Shown here: positions 1-9,908 of the stretch, piece after piece
Layout: each line of letters opens with the position of its first letter
Position numbering within the stretch: the first letter of the stretch is position 1
NCBI GenBank assembly: GCA_963845065.1
Contig: CAWJQQ010000001.1
Location: forward strand, 811,540 to 851,539
Reading direction: 5' to 3'
Origin: Nitrospirota bacterium
GTDB taxonomy: Bacteria > Nitrospirota > UBA9217
DNA length: 40,000 nucleotides
Position numbers and translations under genes: made by a program
Notes under the pieces: model-generated
What the model was told of the DNA's origin: nothing
The model's input: only the letters and a program-made list of their open reading frames with translations
Database searches by the model: none

Positions 1-227
1 AACTGTAAGCCAGACAAGATATAAAAAATAAATAGAGAACTCAGTGTAATATAGGAATCTTAACCGGAAGGTCGACTGTAAGCGTAATTAGTGTTCAGGA
101 CGTATAATCGCATCAGGAAGCATTCGGCATTAGGATACAAGAGCCCAGAGCAGCAGGAAAAGAGCCTAAGAGAAACTTAACTAGGTGTCCACTTTTTCGG
201 GGGAAGATCACTGGATAATATGCCTGC

Positions 228-243
228 TTGACATTAATGTCAA
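228..243. repeat. 16-bp perfect palindrome TTGACATTAATGTCAA (operator-like)
   Basis: Read directly; self-complementary over all 16 nt. No adjacent gene identified. Confidence 0.5.
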
Positions 244-279
244 CGATATCCGCCCATGAATCGTTTGATCCATGGGCTA

Positions 280-421
280 TTTATAAAACCTGTCCTTGAA
301 TACCCAGCAGTTCTACTGCTGGGAAGAAAAGGACAATCCTGACGAAGTCAGGATAAGAATCTGATTGGTTTTAGGTTCTATCGGTTTTGATGCCCCGCAG
401 CTCTGCAGCGGGGTAATTCAC
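280..421. repeat. Left copy of a ~142-bp repeat made of three GC hairpins; inverted relative to 1833-1974
   Basis: The reverse complement of 1833-1974 matches 280-421 with 4 mismatches by eye. Internal hairpins are CCCAGCAG-ttcta-CTGCTGGG, ATCCTGAC-gaa-GTCAGGAT and CCCCGCAGCtctGCaGCGGGG. Confidence 0.9.
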
Positions 422-521
422 TTTTTCGGTAAAAAACATTAACTTGATCTGTCATCATGATTTATTCTCTCTATCCTCCACTCTAATTTGCCATAGGGGA
501 CGTGTACCAGCAATATTTACA
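422..521 (-). mobile_element. Remnant of an IS3-family right end (terminal IR plus 5' leader plus first ~12 codons), truncated by the repeat at 421
   Basis: Reverse complement TGTAAATATTGCTGGTACACGTCCCCTATGGCAAATTAGAG aligns with the end of the intact IS3 copy at 20185-20225 (TGTCAATATAACTGAGACACCTCCCCTGTGGTAAATTAGAG). Confidence 0.7.
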
Positions 522-1005
522 CGGCAGGGCCTCGTTAAAATGCTGACGTTGATCGAGCAACGTTATGTAGTGAACTTGCGTGCTTGGCCTTAAAGTAGTT
601 TAATTACGAATTGTTGAAACGACACTGTTCCAGTGAATTAAAACCAACTATCCAAATTCGATATTGTGCATCACGCATCCATTTTGCATCGGTACCGGTA
701 CTATTTTTAGCGATCTCCCACCCGTCCTGATCGGTCGGGCAGACGCGACTGATGCCCTTTTGCCCTCTCTGGGCTATCCACTCATACTATTCAAAAATCG
801 AATACACGTTTCGATAATCCTATAGACTTCCCTCTTGTTTTTACTCGTTCCAAGCGATTCTCAAACACCTCTACGAGTCTCAATCGATCCTATTCTATTG
901 ATTTTATAATTCTTGTGCAGGTATACTCTTATGCTCTCATTCTTTGGCATGACAGATGCATTTTATGAAATCAGAAAGACGAAATATAGATGGGAGATGG
1001 TGGTA

Positions 1006-1833
1006 ATGAAGCTGGTTACATTATATATATTTTTACTCTTCGCACCCGGGTTTGCTATTGCCCAGAATATATCAGAGAAAGAAAACGACGCAGCAAATCG
1101 GAACGTACAAGTAGCCGCCCCTCAGCTGTCAGCAGACCGTAATCAAAGTACCGCTGTCGAACTGAACGCCCTTTATGACGAATCGAAATTTGGGGCCGAG
1201 CCGGAGTACTATAGGGGGATAAAACAGCCCGATCATTTTGACCCCGGCATCATAGGGGAATGGAACGAGCGTGTATTTAATACACTAAAAACTTATTTCA
1301 CTTCAAGACGGAAGGACCTTGTGTATGGTTATGGTCAGCAGAGCACTACTTATGTCGATGAACAGACAAGCGAGAGAAACATGGTAATAAAAGTTGTCTT
1401 GAATGAGACCTTGAGTTTAACGAGAGAGCGAATACCAGAGATCGACAGTCTGGTTAAGGCCCTGAAATTCGAGATTTCGAGTGAGACCACTGGAACAAAG
1501 AGCGAAGAGGAGGCAAAGGACAAAAGAACCATCGAAGCGAGCACTGTCAAAAAGAACGTTACCGAGGATAAGGTATATTATAAAACGGGAGTGCGCCTGA
1601 GGGTAGAGGGTTCGTTCCTGGGGCTTGCATCCGAGACGGAGGTCAACTACAACAGTGTGTCCTATTATTATAAAGTGAATTTCGACCATCAGAACGATAA
1701 CAGCCTGGGCTTTGTATGCGTTGTCGGGAGGGACATCTATATTAAATTTGAGCATAGCTTTACCGGCGCGATAGATCCAATAACGAAAAACAGGTCGAAT
1801 CGCAATATAGTCCAACTGGTCAGTAAATTTTAG
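1006..1833 (+). CDS. Secreted hypothetical protein (signal peptide MKLVTLYIFLLFAPGFAIAQ); function unknown
   Basis: ORF track 913..1833. An internal ATG at 1006 is preceded by GGAGATGG and starts a classic signal peptide. The stop TAG 1831-1833 abuts the right repeat arm. Confidence 0.65.
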   Translation: MKLVTLYIFLLFAPGFAIAQNISEKENDAANRNVQVAAPQLSADRNQSTAVELNALYDESKFGAEPEYYRGIKQPDHFDPGIIGEWNERVFNTLKTYFTSRRKDLVYGYGQQSTTYVDEQTSERNMVIKVVLNETLSLTRERIPEIDSLVKALKFEISSETTGTKSEEEAKDKRTIEASTVKKNVTEDKVYYKTGVRLRVEGSFLGLASETEVNYNSVSYYYKVNFDHQNDNSLGFVCVVGRDIYIKFEHSFTGAIDPITKNRSNRNIVQLVSKF

Positions 1834-1974
1834 TGAATTACCCCGCAGCAGAGCTGTGGGGCATCAAAACCGATAGAACCTAAAACCAATCAGATTCTTA
1901 TCCTGACTTCGTCAGGATTGTCCTTTTCATCCAAGCAGTAGAACTGCTGGGTATTCAAGGACAGGTTTTATAAA
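1833..1974. repeat. Right copy of the ~142-bp three-hairpin repeat (inverted copy of 280-421)
   Basis: See 280-421; hairpins CCCCGCAGCagaGCTGTGGGG, ATCCTGACttcGTCAGGAT, CCAAGCAGtagaaCTGCTGGG. Confidence 0.9.
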
Positions 1975-2059
1975 GTGTCGACAGCACACCTCTCATCTGC
2001 ATTTTAACTTGCAATTCTCTGAAGCTTGCTACAGGGTCACCGTATAGAGGGAAGAGTTT

Positions 2060-2131
2060 GAGAAACCGCAGGTTTCTCAATTGACAATCGTCTTCCTATT
2101 TATAAATACCACGCAGCTTGCTGCGTGGAAG
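2060..2131. repeat. Two further GC hairpins (GAGAAACCgcaGGTTTCTC 2060-2078; CCACGCAGcttgCTGCGTGG 2109-2128). The second, with its CTATTTATAAA leader, is a shortened relative of the start of the 142-bp repeat.
   Basis: ctatttataaa..tacc(c/a)(a/c)gcag..ctgc(t/g)(g/t)gGAAG is shared with 276-325; read directly. Confidence 0.6.
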
Positions 2132-2885
2132 TTCATTCGCGGCATCTGCCCATAAAATACGCCAAGAAATCATTGACAATCGCAGTCATTTGGCCTGATC
2201 TGATTAATGAATGAAGGGACGTCCTTGAATTATGGACTTGGAGATATATTTAGAAGAACATCTAAGAGAAGTTTCCTACCTATAGAAATATCCCCCGCAG
2301 ATTCTTTGTGATACTTCCACGTCCCAAATAATAAAGACATCCCCAAGATGCCCCCAGGAAACTGATGCACTTTGCCTATAGGGATGCCGAATGCCATCGC
2401 CTGGCCGCTGATGAAAAAAAAAGAATGATTCGATCCAAAGTATTTCAATCAGGAGGATCAAAACGCGCAGAAAAAAGCGGCATGATCCGTGAAATTCAAA
2501 ATCCTATTTCGACGGGAGAGTCCGATATGCGCGATTGAGGGCTGTTGACCTAGCACAAAACAATCCTAGGCATCTCGTTTGAACGATGGAATCTGGATGA
2601 GGGATTCTTTGCGGCCAGAGCTAAAAGCGCGGCACGCCGAATAGCAATAACCATCAGAGATATCGTTCGTCAGGATTCGAGAGCCTAGCCGAGAAAGCAA
2701 TAGCGGCAGGAAGGCCGAAAGGAGAACCGCGCCTTATAAACATCGCAAATATATATAGTACCGAAAATACTCAAAGTTCATTTTATTTTTGACAGGTATG
2801 ACATAGTATGTTCTGTGAGGGGCATTGATAAAAATCATATGGCCTAATAATGTGACACTCCTCATGCCGAAAGGGAGGAGAAACG

Positions 2886-4891
2886 GTGAAAACAAACCAT
2901 GCCTACGTGAGGTATAGGAGATGCCTACTCGACCAACACTTATAGAATCAACCTGAATTTGTAAAAGCGCCGGGATAAACCGGCATAGAGTCGGGGGTGA
3001 AAGTCCCCTACGTGAAAGGATGAGCTGATCCATCATGGCCTCGAGTCATGCGCGGGCAGTCGTGAGATTGCACGTGAAGCGTTGACAGAGGAAACGCAGG
3101 CCAGCCATTGAGCTCCGAAATCCGGTGATTCGGGGTGCCGACCGCGTACGAATGCTGGGAAGGCACTACTGGCAACGCCGCTATCCAGCCAGACGTTGCC
3201 CGACCCCGCGGAGTCAGAGAACCTGAGCATGCGTGGATACTCTATGTTCGAGAACTGGGAGAGCTCAGCAGCTCCCGCTAGGAAACATTAAGCGGGACGG
3301 TAAGGGAAGGCCTGTGGCCGCGATCCTTATATGCACGCTGCTGAGCAGTCTGACATCGGCGTACTACCTAAGAAGGTGCCGAACAAAGCTGCATGTTCCC
3401 CATGCGGCGGCGGAGGCTCTGGAGGGAAGGCTGATGACCAAGGGGAAATTCTGGAAAGTCGTCTGCGACCTGTACGCAGAGACAGGGGTAAGCATTGAAC
3501 GGACTTGACGGGATACGTGAAGCAGCGGCAAGGGATGGGAACCTTCGTTTCACCAGCCTCATGCACCATATCACAGAAGAAATGCTTCGGGATGCTTACA
3601 ATGCGCTCAAACGCAACGCGGCAGCCGGGGTAGACGATGTGACATGGCAAGAGTACGGTGAGGGACTGGATGTCCGGATAAAGGACCTCCACGATCGGGT
3701 AAAGAGTGGCAGGTTCCGAGCAAAGCCTTCGAAGCGGGTATGGATACCCAAGCCGGACGGTCGTCAAAGACCAATCGGCATAGCCGCACTTGAGGACAAG
3801 ATAGTCCAACAAGCGGTGGTGTGGGTACTGAGCCATATCTACGAAAAGGACTTTCTCGGTTTCAGCTACGATTTCGACCGGAGCGTAGCCAGCATAACGC
3901 GCTGGATGCGATATGGATGGGAATCACCCGAATGAAGGTAAACTGGGTGCTGGATGCGGACATAAAGAGTTTCTTTGACACGATCAATCATGCGTGGCTG
4001 ATGAAGCTCCTGGAACGTCGCATCGCAGACCCCCGGATGCTCCGCCTGATCCGAAAGTGGCTCAGGGCCGGAGTATCGGAAGACGGCGAGTGGTCAAAGA
4101 CGGAGGTAGGCACGCCGCAAGGGTCAGTCATATCGCCCTTGCTCAGTAATATCTACCTGCATTACGTTCTTGACAAGTGGGTAACAGAATGGCGAAAGAA
4201 CAAAGCAAACGGTGAAGTAATCATCGTTCGCTACGCCGACGATTTCGTCATGAGGTTTCAATACCGGAGCAGTGTGGAACGTTTCCTGCAAGAAATGAAG
4301 AAACGATTCGCCGCTTTCGGGCTTGAAATTCACAGCGAAAAGACCCGGCTCATCGAGTTCGGACGGTTCGCGGAAGCAAACCGCGCCGAGCGGGGAGAAG
4401 GGAAGGCTGAAACGTTTGACTTTCTCGGGTTCACGCATATCTGTAGCAGGACCTGGAAGAACAATCGTTTCACTATACACCGCAGAACAATCGCCAAACG
4501 TCTTCGGGCAAAGCTGAAGGAAGTGAGAAAAGAGCTTATTCAACGCAGGCATGAGCCGGTGCCGGTACTTGGTAAGTGGCTCAGGTCAGTGGTACAGGGT
4601 CATCTCAATTACTTCGCGGTGCCCGGCAACATAAAGGCATTACAGGCGTTTCGCACGGAGATAAATAAGGCATGGCTCTTCGCGTTAAGGCGCCGCAGCC
4701 ATAAGGCCAGAAATCTAACGTGGGACCGGATGAAATGCCTAATAAAGACGTGGATACCCGCAGCCAAAATCAAGCACCCGTACCCGCACCAAAGGCTTTG
4801 CGTGAACCACCCGAGGTAAGAGCCGTGTGAGGTAGTGCCTCTAGCACGGATCCGTGCGGGGGGCGTCCAGTAACGGACGCCCTACCGCGAT
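2886..4891 (+). mobile_element. Group II intron copy 1 (5' boundary uncertain, roughly 2815-2910; 3' end after domains V/VI)
   Basis: Domain V-like GAGCCGTGTGAGGtagtgCCTCTAGCACGGATC at ~4822-4853, followed by a domain VI-like hairpin with a bulged A (..GCCCTACCGCGAT, ending 4891). The RT ORF sits in domain IV. Domain I blocks (CATGCGC.., GTGAAGCGTtGACA, GAGCtCCGAAAT) are shared with intron 2. No clean GUGYG 5' end was found. Confidence 0.75.
3495..4819 (+). pseudogene. Group II intron reverse transcriptase/maturase, frameshifted (two ORFs 3495..3935 and 3821..4819); no En domain
   Basis: RT motifs RPIGIAALEDKIVQQAV, TPQGSVISPLLSNIYLH, VRYADDFV and the maturase X region. The frame breaks at ~3870, where tacgatttcg would read SYGFRPERSQHNALDA if it were tacGGatttcg. 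Confidence 0.85.
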
Positions 4892-4956
4892 TAATGTCTG
4901 ACACAAAAAAACCGCTCGACCAAAACGAATTTCTTGAAATACGCCTTTGAAAAAAT

Positions 4957-5400
4957 TCACACGATGTCGATGACTTCTACTATAAATTGCTTCCGCCGAA
5001 GGTATATCCCGACCTTAGCTTCGAGGTTTTTGGCAATGTTCGATACCGTCTGTGAGCTGACTCTCGTGCCGACAAGGGGCTTAAAGGCCTGGCCGGTAAA
5101 ACGCGTGGAGGCTCCATACAAGAAAATCCGGAGTAATGCCGCATCTCCACCTCCTGCACGCCCTGCTGATCGCGCTTTGTAACCTTGCTTTCATACCACA
5201 CGCCCCGAATCCGGGGCATCCGATTGTCCAGTCGACCTTCTTTCAAAAGAATATATCTTGTCCAATGACCATGCCGGTAATGAGCCCTCGTATCAGTTCG
5301 CCCGTAGGATTGGCAGAGTAACAGCTCTGTCCGCTCTGCCTCCAGTACCTCCTCGATAAGCTTCCTCCTGAAATCTTTTTGCGCGGCTTGGAGTTAGTTA
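4957..5400 (-). pseudogene. IS256-family (Mutator-type) transposase fragment, N-terminal third only, internally frameshifted
   Basis: Minus-strand translation gives ..LIEEVLEAERTELL..YRHGHWTRYILLKEGRLDNRMPRIRGVWYES.., then in another frame ..FLYGASTRFTGQAFKPLVGTRVSSQTVSNIAKNLEAKV, matching the conserved IS256 N-terminal layout as I remember it. Confidence 0.6.
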
Positions 5401-5532
5401 CGAAATCGCTGCACACACTAAAGTATTTGATTTAAATTCCGATAAGAAGTTAAATGCAGTCTATCAGGACTGAAAAGGCGTTTTTGCTCAATCATATGAT
5501 AGGAGGCATACTAATATTCAGGAGGTATCGAG

Positions 5533-6681
5533 ATGAAGAGAGGATTCTTGTTTTTGCTCATGATTTGTTTCACGCTGGCTGCTGCTGTCTGCACTGCCGA
5601 ACCCGGAGTCAGCGACTCGGAGATCAAGATAGGAATGGTAAACGCACAATCCGGACCGGCATCCGCTCTCGGCAAAGGAATGCTGTCAGGCGCAGGTGCC
5701 GTCTTCAGGGAGGTTAACGAAAAGGGGGGCATAAGCGGCAGGAAGATCAATCTTGTTGTTGCGGATGATGGTTATGAACCCGACAAGGCCGTAGACGCTA
5801 CGCTCAGGATGATCGAAGTGGAGAAGGTCTTTGCCCTGTTCGGCTATGTTGGCACGCCCACGGCCAATGCGGTCATACCGATCGTAAAGGACGCCAAGGT
5901 TCCTCTGGTTGGCCTTTTTACTGGCGCAATGACGCTTCGAAAGCCGGTGACGCATGAGATTATTAACATTAGGGCTTCCTATGATGATGAAGGGGAGAAA
6001 CTTGTAGACAACATGTTGAAGGCCGGCGCAAAGAAGATAGGCGTTTTTTACCAGGATGATGGATTCGGTACTGCTGTATTGTCGGCTACCGAAAAGGCGT
6101 TGAAAAAGAGGGGCATGGAAGTGGCTGCAAAAGGCACCTTCCAGAGAAATACCCTTGCAGTTAAGGCGGGTTTTGCATCGATTATCTCCGCCAATCCCGA
6201 TGCAGTGGTTTTGGTGGGGCCTTATACACCTCTGGCTGCATTCATCAAGGTCGCAAAGGAAGAGGGACTTAAAGCACGGCTCGCCACAGTCTCTTTTGTC
6301 GGAACCGACAGCCTTGTAAAGCTGGTTGGTGATCAAGGTAATGGCGTAATCATCTCCCAAGTCGTTCCGTTCCCCGAAGATATTTCCATCCCTGTTGTAA
6401 AAGAATGCAGCGAGATCGTAAAAAAATATTCGAACGAACCACTCGGTTTCGTCAATCTTGAAGGCTGCGTAACTGCTAAGGCGATTGTCAAGGCTATGGA
6501 GTCGATGGGGAAGAACATAACACGAGAAGGCCTTATCAGTGCATTCGAGGGCATGAAGGGCGTTGATATTGGAGGAATGGTATTCCAAATGGGACAAGAC
6601 AATCACCAGGCCTCCGATATTGTATATCTCACAGAGATAAAAAACGGAAAGATCACATCCATAAATGAAATCACCAAGTAG
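5533..6681 (+). CDS. Periplasmic ABC-type substrate-binding protein, branched-chain amino acid (LivK/Peripla_BP_6-like) family
   Basis: Signal peptide MKRGFLFLLMICFTLAAAVCTA, then IKIGMVNAQSGPASALGKG..GGISGRKINLVVADDGYEPDKAV..FGYVGTPTANA; RBS AGGAGG upstream. No permease or ATPase genes are adjacent. Confidence 0.9.
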   Translation: MKRGFLFLLMICFTLAAAVCTAEPGVSDSEIKIGMVNAQSGPASALGKGMLSGAGAVFREVNEKGGISGRKINLVVADDGYEPDKAVDATLRMIEVEKVFALFGYVGTPTANAVIPIVKDAKVPLVGLFTGAMTLRKPVTHEIINIRASYDDEGEKLVDNMLKAGAKKIGVFYQDDGFGTAVLSATEKALKKRGMEVAAKGTFQRNTLAVKAGFASIISANPDAVVLVGPYTPLAAFIKVAKEEGLKARLATVSFVGTDSLVKLVGDQGNGVIISQVVPFPEDISIPVVKECSEIVKKYSNEPLGFVNLEGCVTAKAIVKAMESMGKNITREGLISAFEGMKGVDIGGMVFQMGQDNHQASDIVYLTEIKNGKITSINEITK

Positions 6682-6730
6682 TAGAGTATACGCCTTCCGG
6701 CATGTTGCAGAGAGTTCTTTGAGGTGACTG

Positions 6731-9202
6731 TTGAATATCAGGAAAAAGCTGTATGGCAGCGTTTTTGTCACGATAATTGGGATCGGAGTGTTTCTTGCCG
6801 TCACTATCTATGCGAACTCCAGAATCCGTTCGGCGGTTGACATCATGACCGAAAAAACCACACCCCTGCAGGCAAAGGTCCTTGGATTGCAGCAGGAGAT
6901 CGAAAAGATGTCAGCGAATTTTCTGCGGCTCAGCTACGTTACGGACAATGCCGATTTCAAGCAGGTATCAGACAACATCGGCATAAACATAGTTAATATC
7001 GAAAGGATAAATGCAGATATCCAGCAACTAGGTAACAGTTCCACCGGGACAGACACATCGCCTCTGAAAAATATCCATTCTACCCTATCCAGAGTCTCCC
7101 AGCAGAGGATTACAGACATTGCTGCATTCAAGACCGGGATATCAGACGTCAATTCACAGATCAAGGTGACCGGGGCCGCCTATTCCAACATAATCGAAAA
7201 ACTTACCGTACTACGTTTGGAAGGCATTCGAACGAGTAGGGAATCAGAGGAATTCAGCAACAAGACTAATGCCGCGATTAGAAAGATACTTGTCCTTCAA
7301 TCTAAGCTAGTAGAAATTGAAAAGCTAGTAAGCGATGTTGAATCGGTCAGCAACAAATACAAGCTTTCTCCGTATAAGGAAAATGCCAAAGCGATCACTG
7401 ACTCTGTAGACGAAGTGACTTATACAAAGGACGACCCGGTTGTCATTAAAGATATAAAATACGCTGCAAAAGATATGTATAAACTGATCGTGGGGGAAGA
7501 AACCGGCGTTATCCCGCTTAAATGGGCGATACTTTCAGGTAACAGCGTTACAGGGCAGTATCAAGCGCAAAAAGCTAATATATCCAAATATGTCGAGGGT
7601 TTGCTTGTCAGGGTTTCCGAAACCATGGATCAGCTCGAGATTCAACGTATGAAGGGGAAACAGCAGGCAAACAAATCGGTGAGCGTGAAACAAACTGTAG
7701 CTGCTATCGAAGATGTCGTAAGCGCGGGTAACGACATGAACCTTAACATCAAAGAGCTTAACAGCCTTGTCAGACTGGCAATGCTCAGCTCTTCGAATGC
7801 TGAGCTCCAGAAAACCGCATCCGACATAGTAAAGGTCCGGGAGAAGATTGCTGAAAATATTAACGGCATGTTGTCCTTGCTCAACAAAATGGGCCAGGAG
7901 AGCCTTTCAAAAGATACTTCGGAGATGCGGCAGACATTGAAGAATGTAGATGCGGCGATTGAAAGAATGCTCTCCGCGAAAAGGGGCGTCCTTGAAGGCG
8001 ATGCCGAGATGCAAAAGGTTATAAGTCAAGTCAATGTGATTGCTGGAGAAAATGCCAGAAGGGCAGGAAATGAGGTTAAGGACATAGAGTTGAAGCAGCA
8101 GGACATAATGAACGAGGTCAAAGTCACTATGAATCAGACGCTTTTGATTATCGTAATGACGGTGGTCGTCGTCCTAGGGTTCGTTACAGTTACCAGCATC
8201 ATTACAGCAAGAGGAGTTATAAAAGGAATAAGCGAAACCGAAAAGCTTATTAAAGATGTTTCGACCGGCAACCTTGCAGTGAAGATCCATACTAAGAGCC
8301 GTGACGAAATAGGAGTTATGAGCGCTCAGCTGAACAGCCTTGTAGAAAAACTCAAAGAGATCGTCACCATCATCTACGACAAAAGCAATGCTGTTACACG
8401 CTCTGCAATGGAGATCGCAACCACAAGCACGCAACTCCACCAACGAGCGACCAATCAGGCTGAGGAGGTGACGATCCTCTCAGCTTCCGCGGAACAGTTA
8501 TCTGCAACGACCTTAGACATGTCCAAACATTCTGTACAAATAGCCGAATTCACTGCAACTACCAGTCGTATGGCCGATGAAGGCGGCAAAGAGATCTTAC
8601 ATGCGCTCACCGGCATCGTATCAGTCTCCGCCGCAGTCAGTGATATTTCCATTGCAATGAAAGAGCTTTCCACGAACTCGGACCGTATAGGAGAGATCGT
8701 TACCACCATAAAGGCCATCGCCGACCAAACGAACCTGCTCTCCTTAAATGCGGCCATCGAGGCTGCCCGAGCCGGGGAACAAGGGCTGGGATTTGCTGTT
8801 GTTGCCGACGAGGTACGGAAGCTTGCGGATAAGACTGTGGCCGCCGCAGAAGAGGTCTCAGATATCGTACGAACCATTCAATCTGAAACAGGTGCAGTTG
8901 AAAAGTCGGTCAAAAGAGGGATCGATTCCGTCGATTCTGCTATAAAGCTGACCAATAAGTCCGGTGATACGCTGAAGCACATTATTGGCGGCATCAATCA
9001 AATTACAGAGATGATCGACCAGATAGTTCCATCCATTTCAGAACAGTCCTCCACAACCAATTCCATGACCTCCAATATACTGCATATCAATAATGTTACG
9101 TCTGAATTCGCTGCCGCGATGCAAGGCATGACAAGAGCATCGACAGGCCTTGACGCCATTGCACAGGAACTGCAGTCCACTCTGAAGCACTTTCAGATAT
9201 GA
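6731..9202 (+). CDS. Methyl-accepting chemotaxis protein with a very long (~470 aa) helical periplasmic domain, HAMP and MA signalling domain
   Basis: TM-ectodomain-TM topology; HAMP (..[25 protein letters not shown]..); canonical hairpin tip [41 protein letters not shown] start after GAGGTGA. Confidence 0.95.
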   Translation: MNIRKKLYGSVFVTIIGIGVFLAVTIYANSRIRSAVDIMTEKTTPLQAKVLGLQQEIEKMSANFLRLSYVTDNADFKQVSDNIGINIVNIERINADIQQLGNSSTGTDTSPLKNIHSTLSRVSQQRITDIAAFKTGISDVNSQIKVTGAAYSNIIEKLTVLRLEGIRTSRESEEFSNKTNAAIRKILVLQSKLVEIEKLVSDVESVSNKYKLSPYKENAKAITDSVDEVTYTKDDPVVIKDIKYAAKDMYKLIVGEETGVIPLKWAILSGNSVTGQYQAQKANISKYVEGLLVRVSETMDQLEIQRMKGKQQANKSVSVKQTVAAIEDVVSAGNDMNLNIKELNSLVRLAMLSSSNAELQKTASDIVKVREKIAENINGMLSLLNKMGQESLSKDTSEMRQTLKNVDAAIERMLSAKRGVLEGDAEMQKVISQVNVIAGENARRAGNEVKDIELKQQDIMNEVKVTMNQTLLIIVMTVVVVLGFVTVTSIITARGVIKGISETEKLIKDVSTGNLAVKIHTKSRDEIGVMSAQLNSLVEKLKEIVTIIYDKSNAVTRSAMEIATTSTQLHQRATNQAEEVTILSASAEQLSATTLDMSKHSVQIAEFTATTSRMADEGGKEILHALTGIVSVSAAVSDISIAMKELSTNSDRIGEIVTTIKAIADQTNLLSLNAAIEAARAGEQGLGFAVVADEVRKLADKTVAAAEEVSDIVRTIQSETGAVEKSVKRGIDSVDSAIKLTNKSGDTLKHIIGGINQITEMIDQIVPSISEQSSTTNSMTSNILHINNVTSEFAAAMQGMTRASTGLDAIAQELQSTLKHFQI

Positions 9203-9210
9203 AAAGCTTT

Positions 9211-9852
9211 TTATAGAGCCCCTATTTCATATAGCGCATAGCGAAGATCTGATTTTCCCTGTTTGGAAATGACCGGGGTCGCTGAATATGATGTCTTCCC
9301 GCTCCGATTCGCACAGAGGTCAAGACCGGCCATTTTCAACACCTGCTTCGCACTCGTAAACCGGTGAGGATTCCCGATAACCCCCAAGACCTTAGCGGAA
9401 AGAGCTGGCCCGAATCCTGGAATGCTCAAGAGGTATGTGTACTCGGGAAACTCCAGGCAAACATTCTCAAGTTTGTTTTCCACCGACTTGATGGTTTGTC
9501 AAAGCTACCTCAAACTGTCCACCATGACTTGGGCCTCAAATGATGCCGCTTCTCTCATGGTGCCGCCGATGGAGTCGACCGCTGCCCTCCAGATTGCCCC
9601 GACCCGGCGCCACGGTGCGGCAGAATGTGTCGTATTCCATTCCGGCAATTGCCGACGGATCGAGGCATTCTCGCACCACTGACAGGGTCTCTAAAGGGCC
9701 AAAGTGGTGGTCCAGCTCAGGGAAATATTGAGCAAGGAGATTATTATGGATACACGCGCTTATACCGTGTTTCCGCTTTTTCAGTCTCCGCTTGAGTACT
9801 ATGAGCGTGCGAACATTCCGCAGTGTCATCAGGGGATACTCGTAAAACAGGC
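9211..9852 (-). pseudogene. IS110-family transposase, middle and C-proximal part (C-terminus truncated; frameshift and in-frame stops)
   Basis: ..LFYEYPLMTLRNVRTLIVLKRRL.. and ..LLSIPGFGPALSAKVLGVIGNPHRFTSAKQVLKMAGLDL..SGKT..ISKQGKSDLRYALY (Transposase_20-like). The 9484-9620 segment reads AIWRAAVDSIGGTMREAAS..VDSLR*L*QTIKSVENKLE with TAG and TGA in frame. Confidence 0.8.
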
Positions 9853-9880
9853 ATAATGCAGAGTATATTGTTATGCGGAG
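9853..9880. repeat. RIT left terminal inverted repeat (contains two 10-bp subrepeats TAATGCAGAG and TTATGCGGAG, 7 bp apart)
   Basis: Read directly. Confidence 0.95.
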
Positions 9881-9908
9881 CCCGCTTTTCGCAGGCCCCG
9901 CAAACAGG

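Noticed and set aside
280-2131. Possible CRISPR array or integron attC sites, suggested by the repeated GC hairpins
   Set aside because: The hairpins are not regularly spaced direct repeats with unique spacers. The large copies are inverted rather than direct, and no GTTRRRY/RYYYAAC attC core sequences or cas or intI genes accompany them.
2270-2700. Possible C-terminal remnant of the IS256-like transposase on the minus strand (..RSTALNRAYR.. / ..LRVLILLIEILW..), which would imply that intron 1 sits inside that gene
   Set aside because: The resemblance to the IS256 C-terminal motifs is very loose, several frames and stops are needed, and the central third of the gene would be missing. It is not supportable by eye.
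3033-3836. Several 60-170-aa ORFs on both strands inside intron 1, and likewise 23262-23721 inside intron 2
   Set aside because: They fall within the ribozyme domains I-III of the group II introns and have no protein-like features.
5686-6804. 372-aa ORF on the minus strand
   Set aside because: It is entirely antisense to the well-supported LivK-like binding-protein gene and has no recognisable motif, signal or RBS. It is a typical shadow ORF.
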